A stretch of 64,000 nt of DNA, taken from the IMG/VR virus record IMGVR_UViG_3300028048_001801, positions 1-64,000 of that record; one strand, 5' to 3'. Every line of letters begins with the position of its first letter. The first letter of the stretch is position 1. A program made the translations under genes and the position numbers. The notes under the pieces were generated by a model. That model was not told the origin of the DNA, searched no databases, and worked only from the letters and a program-made list of their open reading frames with translations. The stretch comes from a virus (Duplodnaviria; Caudoviricetes). Of the stretch, positions 1 through 8,700 are shown piece after piece.

Positions 1-1535
1 CGATCTCCGTGCATTATCATCTTGTCTATTACCGACAAAGTTTCATCTTCTACTTTAAAGAAGTAAGAGTTATAGCACTCTCTTGGAGAAAAATACCCGT
101 CTTCTTTATCCCACTTGGCGTTTTTAACACCTAAGTTTTCTGCCGGCACATATTCCGTATTCCACATTACTTCTTTGGTTTTGGCTTTCTTGTTTTCTTC
201 CATTATTGGAGCAAGTATCATTTCACAATATTTATAATACTCTTCATTGGGAGAAATATCAATTCCCAAAAACTCTGCTCCCTCAATAAGTCCGTTAATT
301 CCGGAGGTTAAATATTGTTTTTCAAGAGAAATATAACCCGCATCATAAATCGGTAACAATCCATCTCTGAGCTCTTCTTTTAGAAGCTCGTTGAAGGCCA
401 ACATGTACTTGTGGTTTTTGCGCGTTTGTTCTCTTACTTTTTCGGATATGTCCTCCCCGTTCTTGACCGCCTGCTGGACAAGCCGGTTTATATTTATTGT
501 TATTACCGCCTTGCTGCCCGTGGAAATACCACCTGCGCCAAGCGTATAACTAAATACATTGTCCGTAATCCCGTTTTTTAACCGGCAACAAGAGCTCAAA
601 GAATCTGCGGAATCACTATTATAACAGAAGAAACTATGCCCCTCCGACCACATTTCTGCGGTAAATTGAGCCCACTCTTCATCTTTATATTTTTTGGTTT
701 CTTTATCATAAACCAAATTAACAGTCTCGACTGGGAAGGTCAAAAAGTTCTTCCTTCTTTCGGCGTTGAACCATTTCATGTAAAGCTTTTGTAGCCAAGA
801 CACACTTTCCCATTGCGGTTCGTCTCCATCTGGGAAAACAAAATCATCAAAAATAGCATTAAAATATGTGTGATCATAATATGCCAAATTCCAGAAGACA
901 GACTGAAAACCCCTCGCAGCCGCTGGCTGATTTAAAGAATATGTTACCTGTTCAAAACAATCCGTAATGATTTTAGAAATCGTTAATGGTCTTCTAGACA
1001 CATTGTTGACAACAGTATCTGCTTTGAGATAGTAATCATCACCATATTCCAATCGTATAAAGTGATCTAGATACACGAGGAACTCAGGCGTCGCAACCGC
1101 CCCCGCAAATTGAGAGCTTACCGCGAAAACAAGATTGATAAAATTCCCGCAAAATGAATTTAAATTTTTTGGAGCTCCTGACGAACCACCTATGCTTTTC
1201 ATACCATCGCAAATAAAGGGGTACATTGTTATACTTACACAATATGGATACACAGGGTGTGTTTCATCGTGTCTATATATCTCGTGTTCGTCTAGTTGCC
1301 TTATATATTCTTTAGCAACATCCTCGCCATACATCTCTGTCAGCTTTTGAATCATTCTAAGTCTATTTATACCAATGTCCGCTTCTTTGTGAATCTCACC
1401 AGTAAGCGTTGTAACATTTTTATTTTCAACGTTGGCATTAGCATCAAATTTACTTCCTGTCGCAGCATTGCTCGCCTTTGAATATTGCTTAATGAAATCT
1501 ACTTCATGTTGATATTTTTTATATTTGTCAAACAT
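1..1535 (-). CDS. nrdD: Anaerobic ribonucleoside-triphosphate reductase (class III), 3' end outside the window
   Basis: Absent from the ORF track because it has no stop in the window. Manual translation from ATG 1535 gives MFDKYKKYQHEVDF...IYRHDETHPVYPYCVSITMYPF...LTFPVETVNL...SDSADSLSSCCRLKN, typical NrdD motifs. Confidence 0.9.
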   Translation of the reverse strand, partial: MFDKYKKYQHEVDFIKQYSKASNAATGSKFDANANVENKNVTTLTGEIHKEADIGINRLRMIQKLTEMYGEDVAKEYIRQLDEHEIYRHDETHPVYPYCVSITMYPFICDGMKSIGGSSGAPKNLNSFCGNFINLVFAVSSQFAGAVATPEFLVYLDHFIRLEYGDDYYLKADTVVNNVSRRPLTISKIITDCFEQVTYSLNQPAAARGFQSVFWNLAYYDHTYFNAIFDDFVFPDGDEPQWESVSWLQKLYMKWFNAERRKNFLTFPVETVNLVYDKETKKYKDEEWAQFTAEMWSEGHSFFCYNSDSADSLSSCCRLKNGITDNVFSYTLGAGGISTGSKAVITININRLVQQAVKNGEDISEKVREQTRKNHKYMLAFNELLKEELRDGLLPIYDAGYISLEKQYLTSGINGLIEGAEFLGIDISPNEEYYKYCEMILAPIMEENKKAKTKEVMWNTEYVPAENLGVKNAKWDKEDGYFSPRECYNSYFFKVEDETLSVIDKMIMHGD

Positions 1536-1539
1536 AGAA

Positions 1540-1797
1540 TTACGCCTCCGCAACCCATTTTAATGCGTTTTTGTAATTCAAATAAGACGACCCATTATTC
1601 AAGATCGGGGCGGAAGTAAAGCCCTTTTCCATCATATCGACAACTTCTTTTTCGCCCATTTCACAAAGGTCAAAGAGAATGCCTTTTTCTGTCAATTTTC
1701 CCTTTAAGTTTTTGCACTTAGGGCAATCAGGGATCGCGTATAAAACTACCCTTTTATTGTCTTGTTTTGTTTCTTTTTCTATATTTAAATTCTCCAT
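1540..1797 (-). CDS. Glutaredoxin-like (NrdH-type) redoxin
   Basis: CPKC motif and GFTSAP, directly upstream of nrdD. Confidence 0.8.
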   Translation of the reverse strand: MENLNIEKETKQDNKRVVLYAIPDCPKCKNLKGKLTEKGILFDLCEMGEKEVVDMMEKGFTSAPILNNGSSYLNYKNALKWVAEA

Positions 1798-1860
1798 ACA
1801 TCTCCTCCTTGTCTGCTATTTTTGTGTTTGAATATGTAGAATTATTGTTTAAAATTAAAT

Positions 1861-2589
1861 TTAACTTGGAATCGCCTGTATTCTGCTGGCTAAACTCACC
1901 CAATTACCAGTTGTTTGATATGTAGAGACGCTACCCGCCGGTACATAAATAGGACAATTATTCGTATTACTAAAAGCATTCGCACTTCCTAAGGTTGGGG
2001 GAGTGATTGCATTTATTGTTATGCTTGTTAAACTGCTGCAAAGGGAGAACGCATTACTTCCTATACTCGTGACGGAGCTCGGGATAGTTACTTCGCTCAA
2101 ACTGCTACAACCTGAGAACGCATTACTTCCTATAATCGTGACGGAGCTCGGGATAGTTACTTCGCTCAAACTGCTACAACCTGAGAACGTATACCCTCCT
2201 ATACTCGTGACGGAGTCAGGGATTGTTATTTCGCTCAAACTGCTACAACGATAAAATGCATATCCCCCTATACTCGTGACTGAGGCGGGGATAGTTGTGC
2301 TCGTTAAATTGCTACAATAATAGAACGCATAACCCCCGATACTCGTAACGCTATTACCTATAATTGCGCTCGTTAAGCTGCTGCAATTGGAGAACGCGCT
2401 AGATCCCACACTCGTGACAGAGTCAGGAATAGTTATGTTTGTTAAACTACTACAATATGCGAACGCATAACTCCCTATGCTTGTTATACCACTTAAATCA
2501 TCAAGGCCAACATGGGTTATACTCCTGTCGACAATTTTTTTAAACTGTTCACTATTACTGTAACCCATATCTGTCAAAAAAACTGGCAT
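1861..2589 (-). CDS. BspA/TpLRR-type leucine-rich repeat protein
   Basis: 23-aa repeats of the form IPxSVTSIGxxAFxxCSSL, with a C-terminal IYVPAGSVxxY cap. Confidence 0.9.
   Translation of the reverse strand: MPVFLTDMGYSNSEQFKKIVDRSITHVGLDDLSGITSIGSYAFAYCSSLTNITIPDSVTSVGSSAFSNCSSLTSAIIGNSVTSIGGYAFYYCSNLTSTTIPASVTSIGGYAFYRCSSLSEITIPDSVTSIGGYTFSGCSSLSEVTIPSSVTIIGSNAFSGCSSLSEVTIPSSVTSIGSNAFSLCSSLTSITINAITPPTLGSANAFSNTNNCPIYVPAGSVSTYQTTGNWVSLASRIQAIPS
2045..2189. repeat. Near-exact 69-bp tandem repeat (LRR unit)
   Basis: gagaacgcattacttcctata[c/a]tcgtgacggagctcgggatagttacttcgctcaaactgctacaacct starts at 2045 and 2114, with one mismatch. Confidence 0.9.
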
Positions 2590-2593
2590 TTCA

Positions 2594-4342
2594 TTATCCT
2601 CCTATCCATGTATACTCAAGCTCTATATCCTGTGTCGGTTTATTTATTGCATTGAAAGTCAAAGTGTCGCTTGTAACAATACAGAATAAGTCTGCGTTGC
2701 TAGCCAGTGTTTTATTAGCTCTGTCTTTTGGTTTAATAAAAATAGAATCTCCAGAGTTCACCCCTGGCATATTATAAAAATAATTATTACTTGAGTCCCA
2801 GGAGTTTACATTTAAAATTAAATCACCTGTGAATGATGTATACCAATCAAAATACTTTTTGGCACTTATAAATTTATCGTTGTTGGTTCCAGTTCCTTCT
2901 TTCAACAAACTATTAAATTGCGCTTGTGTACCATTATAATATACTGTTTTTAAACTGTCGCAACCGCTGAAAACATAATTTCCTATACTCGTGACAGAGT
3001 TCCCTATTGTTATGCTCTTTAAGCTGCTACATCTTTCGAACGCACCACCTCTTATGCTCGTGACGGAGTCGGGGATTGTTATGCTCTTTAAACTGCTACA
3101 ATTAGAGAACGCACCATCCTTTATACTCATTACAGTGTCAGGGATTGTTATTTCTGTTAATTTACTACAGAAATAGAACGCATAATATCCTATGTCTGTT
3201 ACGCTGTTGGATATCACGACATTCGTTAAATAACTTACAGCACCAGAGAACGAACTGTTAGTGCTACTTACCACATCACCATCACTTATTTTGGTGACGC
3301 CATAAAACTTCGCTTCATAAGTGCCCGCCGCTGTATAAGTATGACTATACGGCCCAGCACCACCATCTGAAATATCTACGATTGTTCCATCGCCCCAATC
3401 AATACGAATAAGCCCCGTAAGGTTTTTGACTGACAACTTGGTGCTAGATGCAGTTGTTGTAAATATAGCGGTGATGCTTGGAAGTCTATCTTGTTTCCAC
3501 TGTAGAGCATTTGTTATTACTTTATTCTGCACTGGATTCTCTGAAGATGAGTCTAAATGATCGTCGACGATTATCGCTCCCGAACCACCTATCTTATACT
3601 CAGTGTCACCTATTGTGATATAGTTAACCTCAACAGAAGAGGTCCCAGACGAATCAACAGAAATTTCAGCGCTTATGACATCGTTGTTTATGTTTATAAA
3701 ATTACCAGGTGTAAGCGTATTTTGTTTCCTTTGTAAGGCATTATAAACCGCTTTATTTTGTATGGCATTAGAAGAATCGGGACTCAGAGATGAATCTATA
3801 ACTATAGTGCCGCCTTCCCCAATTTTTATATTCCCACCCTGCAACAGAGAATTACCATTAATTGTAACAATGTTTACACCAGAAACTAATTCATCTTGTT
3901 TGCCCGGTACGCTGATAACATTTTCAGCATTAATTTTAACAGCATCTCCGGGCGTTAATTTATTTTGTTTTTTTTCTAACCCCTCATATATAACTTTGTT
4001 CTCAACTGGATTTTTTGATGTCGAAGATAAAACTGTGTCTATTGTTCTTTCTGGAGACATTAAAACTTTAGCTATAACAAAGCCGGACGCGGGGCGATTG
4101 TCTACACAATATAAAACGGCAACATCTCCGCTCTTAAAATTATATTTACATTGATTAACAACGTTGCTTATTACTGTTTTGTTATTGTCATTTGCCAAAT
4201 AAAGGTTTAGAGTACCATCTCCATTTACACTTGCGACTGGACAAAACATCGTATCGTCTCTTTTTTTTAATTCTTCTGCGCTTATGTTTCTTATAAGATC
4301 AACTAGTCCAGCTGAAGCTTGATTTATTTTTTCGTTTGACAT
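2594..4342 (-). CDS. Putative tail/baseplate spike-adhesin with PKD-like domain and BspA LRRs
   Basis: N-terminus resembles OB-fold baseplate proteins (VASVNGDGT...FKSGDVA). Contains KQNxLTPG and SxNPVQNKVI fibre repeats, an IDWGDGT PKD-like motif and LRR units. Confidence 0.65.
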   Translation of the reverse strand: MSNEKINQASAGLVDLIRNISAEELKKRDDTMFCPVASVNGDGTLNLYLANDNNKTVISNVVNQCKYNFKSGDVAVLYCVDNRPASGFVIAKVLMSPERTIDTVLSSTSKNPVENKVIYEGLEKKQNKLTPGDAVKINAENVISVPGKQDELVSGVNIVTINGNSLLQGGNIKIGEGGTIVIDSSLSPDSSNAIQNKAVYNALQRKQNTLTPGNFININNDVISAEISVDSSGTSSVEVNYITIGDTEYKIGGSGAIIVDDHLDSSSENPVQNKVITNALQWKQDRLPSITAIFTTTASSTKLSVKNLTGLIRIDWGDGTIVDISDGGAGPYSHTYTAAGTYEAKFYGVTKISDGDVVSSTNSSFSGAVSYLTNVVISNSVTDIGYYAFYFCSKLTEITIPDTVMSIKDGAFSNCSSLKSITIPDSVTSIRGGAFERCSSLKSITIGNSVTSIGNYVFSGCDSLKTVYYNGTQAQFNSLLKEGTGTNNDKFISAKKYFDWYTSFTGDLILNVNSWDSSNNYFYNMPGVNSGDSIFIKPKDRANKTLASNADLFCIVTSDTLTFNAINKPTQDIELEYTWIGG

Positions 4343-4369
4343 GATACCTCCCTTTTATTTTTTTATTAT

Positions 4370-4397
4370 ATTATATCATATTTTTTATTTTTGTCAA
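4370..4397 (-). promoter_or_regulatory. SigA-type promoter
   Basis: TTGACA-N16-TATAAT with extended -10 TG, upstream of an AGGAGG RBS and ATG 4342. Confidence 0.6.
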
Positions 4398-4420
4398 CTT
4401 TTTTAGACACCTTTTATAAA

Positions 4421-5692
4421 TTAATTTACAAAAGGTAAATTTTTTATATTGCAGGCTGTTATTGACATTAATCCGCTATAATCAAGCGAAAATGATAAGC
4501 TCTGCAACAACAAACGTTCTCTTTTTAATGAGAAAAAGCTGTCTGTGTATGTAATTAAATTATTCACAGACAAAGATGGATTGAAAAACGTATCACTATT
4601 CAAGGAGGCGGTTGCCAATATAGCTTTTCTTAACTCATAATCCGCTCTCTCTTGCGCTAAAGTATCTGTTGTTATATTTGTATCGTTAATCGGCGACGCT
4701 ATCCTGTATCCTATTTTTTGGAAACATATAGGCGAGGACGGATCATCATTTATTGCTTCTGCTGTCACAAGTCTGCTATTGATACTAGCGCCAACAACGA
4801 CAATCTTATTTATAAAAGATCCCATATCAAATGAGAAGTTTTCATTTTGAAAATCCCCATTTTTGTCTACGAAATCATATATTACGGGTTTCGAACTATC
4901 ATCAATGGTTTCCACAAGTGGAACAAAAACAAGTCTCCCCTCTGCGTTATAAAACATCTCGGCAGATAGCATTTCACATAACTGCATCAATATCTCGCCC
5001 CATGTTGAACCGGATGATCCAACTAATTTTGTTGGCGTTATTCTTCCTTTAAACGCGGGACTATAAACAATCGGCCTAGAATCGAATACATATCCATCAC
5101 CAGCGTCTGTGCCAAGTATATCGTTTATGATATCTTGGATGGATATCCCCTCAGGAATTTCCGTTGTTTCCGTCAGAGTTCCTCGCTTGCTTTCGAAAAT
5201 ACTAAACTTGTCCCCGCACTCTACATTTACGGTTGCGTTATCGCTTGATCTTGATGGGCTTACCTTCGTAACAATAAATATACCCTTCTTAAACCATAAA
5301 ACACCGTCAAAATCAGGTATTTTTAGGCCAGCCTCCAACGCGATCTTTGTGTTTGCCCATATCGAATTAACACCTGGCGTATATTTACCGTCATTATTCA
5401 ATAATGTAAACGATAAAGATCTTCGTTGCCCGTTTTGGTAATTTTCTGAATATGAACCACCCGAAACAATATCTCGGGATGGTATCTGATAAGCATAACT
5501 ATCATCTGGGTTACACATAAAGATTCTAAAACGTGGATAAATAGTATTGTTTTTTAACAACTTGTTTATATAAGACAAATTACAATATTTTTTATAATCA
5601 AATATTAAATCACCATCAACTTCCAGCGACCCATAAATTCCATCTCCGGCAACAGCTGTGTTTATCGAAAATGGATAAATAATATTCGCCAT
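4421..5692 (-). CDS. Tail hub/baseplate protein
   Basis: Position in the tail module, with hub-like motifs RRSLSFTL.N.DG.Y.P, FYNAEGRLVF and NKIVVVG. Confidence 0.6.
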   Translation of the reverse strand: MANIIYPFSINTAVAGDGIYGSLEVDGDLIFDYKKYCNLSYINKLLKNNTIYPRFRIFMCNPDDSYAYQIPSRDIVSGGSYSENYQNGQRRSLSFTLLNNDGKYTPGVNSIWANTKIALEAGLKIPDFDGVLWFKKGIFIVTKVSPSRSSDNATVNVECGDKFSIFESKRGTLTETTEIPEGISIQDIINDILGTDAGDGYVFDSRPIVYSPAFKGRITPTKLVGSSGSTWGEILMQLCEMLSAEMFYNAEGRLVFVPLVETIDDSSKPVIYDFVDKNGDFQNENFSFDMGSFINKIVVVGASINSRLVTAEAINDDPSSPICFQKIGYRIASPINDTNITTDTLAQERADYELRKAILATASLNSDTFFNPSLSVNNLITYTDSFFSLKRERLLLQSLSFSLDYSGLMSITACNIKNLPFVN

Positions 5693-5719
5693 ATCAGATA
5701 CCTCCTTTATATTTTTATG

Positions 5720-8700
5720 TTAAATATGTTGTATTATTTGATATTTTTCAATATCTTCTATTTCAGTCCAACTGAAATTAATTGTTATTGGCCTCTTATC
5801 CCATGTGTTTGCTGGCTGCATAGAATTGTCAAAAACCTGAACAATATACGAGTTGCCAATTTCATCTTTGAGCAATTTCGGATTGCCAGAGTAACAGAAT
5901 TGCTGCCACCTCTTTAACATGTCAATCTTCTTGTTGCTAGTACCGTAAGATTCGCTGCCTTCCCACCATGGTTTCTCTTTGTAACCACCGCCATTGATCG
6001 GGGGTGTAAAGAATAACTTATCTGCATAAGCATTTGAGGCTTTTTGAGCATCATTTCTAAATTGCCAACTCGATCCATCGTAGTATTTACTGTCTGTCAA
6101 CAAGTTGAAGAGTTCAATATCTCTTCCTATTAAACAGCTTACTTGCCCACTCATAGCGTTCTTTGGACCCTGAGAAAACCTTGGATAATTCGAAAGAGTG
6201 TCTTGTTGTTGCCTTGAAAGATTTTGTGTTATACTACCGCTATCAATATTGTACTTGAATCTCCAAACATCAGAATCGTTTTTGATTTGATATGTAAAAC
6301 CATTACTGTTTTTGACAGGTGTTAGCTCGACCAAACTATAGCCAACCCAAGCAGATCTGGTAGCGAGCGTCTTTATATAATAATTATGCTCATCGTCTTG
6401 TGAAGAATCGCTTCTAATAAGATATTTGTAATATCTATGATTACCAACATCAAAATCCTTTAATGAACCATTAACATTTTTTGCAACTAATTTGTATATT
6501 GGCTCTTCATACGAGCTAGATGTATCGGAAGAATCGTAAGGATACCATATTTCTTTTTTATAAATTGATACAGTTTTATCTTCTGATGGTTCTTCTGATG
6601 ATGTCCTGTTTATAACCGAACAACCATATTTACAATCAAATGTAATTGATGTCCCTGTTTCAAACACATTGTTTGAGCTTTCTTTAAAGCTTGTTTCAAA
6701 ATGTTTTTCAAACACTTTTTTGTACCCAGAATATGTTTCGACGACTAATTTTAAATTATAATGACTTTCAGGTTCCAACCCGTAAATATTATAACTCAAA
6801 ACTTTATCGAATAAAATATCGCTTTTATTGACCAATATTTCAAATTCAGATGAATGGTTTGCGTCAGTTTTATATAAAAACCACTGAGCGTCTTTCCATT
6901 GAATAAATTGATTTTGATTATAGGTCGCACTCGCAACTATATCTGGGTTATAAACATCGTCTGACGATAAAGAGCTTCCATCTAAAGTCTTTAAAGATAT
7001 ATCAATAGATGGTTTATCATATAACGAAAATAGTTCATCATTGCTTTCTCGGAAGAAAGTTTTGATTTGATATTTAGTCCCCGCATTCGTTCCTGCATCT
7101 GAGATCCAAGTTCCTTCGAGCTCTTCATCTGTAGAACTAGGATTTTTAGGATCAGAAGTTGAATAAGAGGAATTATAATCATAATCATAAGCTGTATCAT
7201 ATTCCACAAGCCCATAAATTGGGTTGTAATTTTGAATCTTTATATAATGTTGTTCGTTAGTTGTTGAGTCTTTTAACAACATCATACCATTAGATATATT
7301 ATCCGAACGGCGAATATAAAGAAGGCCTGTATCTGGAAGTAAATAATGTTTTGTAGCATTATTGAATGGCCCATTTCCTCCATCTATAGATATACTAACA
7401 AATTGCTTTTTTGTTCCGAGATAATAAACATTGCCATTGCCAAGAGCATTACAACCATAGAACGCGGAAACTTTTATATTTGTAATACTGTTGGGAATAG
7501 TTACGCTCGTTAAACTGCGACAATTATAGAACGTTTCACTTTTTATACTCGTTACGGAGTTGCCTATCATTACACTCTCTAAACTTCCACAATAAGAGAA
7601 CGCATAACCTCCGATACTCGTAACGCTATTACCTATAATTGCGCTCGTTAAGCTGCTGCAATTGGAGAACGCCCTACTCCCTATACTCGTGACGGAGTTT
7701 CCTATTGTTGCGCTCTTTAAATTGATACAGCCATTGAACGCATTTATTCCTATACTCGTGACGGAGTTTCCTATTGTTGCGCTCTTTAAATTGATACAGC
7801 CATTGAACGCATTTATTCCTATACTCGTGACGGAGTTCCCTATAGTTACGCTTGTTAAACAGTCTCTCGCACCATAGAAGGACCCAATGTCAAACAATGT
7901 AGTTGCGTGCTCTCCTATCTTAGTTACATTATAAAACTTAGCCGTATATGTTGTATCTACTGAATTATATGAGTGGCTGTAAGAACTACCACCACCGTCA
8001 TTGACGGGCACAACCGTTCCATCACCCCAATCAATTTGTGTTAATCCTGTGAGATCTTCAACTTCCACATTTCGTTGACTTTGTGTCGTGGTGAATGTGG
8101 CAAAGAGAATATCACTGGTCGTAGATTCCTGATTCTGATTTGGAAATCCATAAAATAACCACGGGCTACCTAATGTATTATTATAAAAAATTAAACCCGT
8201 GTCATTTAAATGCAAAACTGGCTCCCATTTATCGTTTAAAGCCCCATTCTTGTTTACGGGTGGGTTATTACTACTTATATTTTCTAGAGCTCTATATGCC
8301 ATCTTGGTGATATACTCATTCCAATAAACAGATAAATTTGTAGGAACTTGCCCAACATTTTGGCTGACACACATATAATAAGTTACTTGCGAACTATCAT
8401 CTGAACTGTCACCGCCCACATATACAATATCCCCAACGGAATAATTTTGTACACTGTTCCATGCAGTATAATTATCACTATCATTTATTGGGACATAAAG
8501 AACGACATCTCCGATGCTATAACTTACAGAATTGTCATAATTTTTATAATTATTGGTATATATTTCTTCTGGTTTTTCATTAATAAACCTCAAAGGCGTT
8601 TCATTAATATTCCCATATGTTTTTACATTTTCGTTCAAACCCTTAATCTGTAATCTTTTCCCATAATATAACGATGTTGGGGCTGTAACTAAAACCAACT

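Noticed and set aside
2003-7877. Plus-strand ORFs with repeating LLQPENALLPILVTE (2003-2254, 2991-3176, 7662-7877)
   Set aside because: These are antisense shadows of the LRR repeats and have no RBS or independent evidence.
1861-8100. Diversity-generating retroelement acting on the LRR genes
   Set aside because: There is no reverse transcriptase in the window. Both copies of the shared repeat are coding, and they show no pattern of adenine-specific mismatches.
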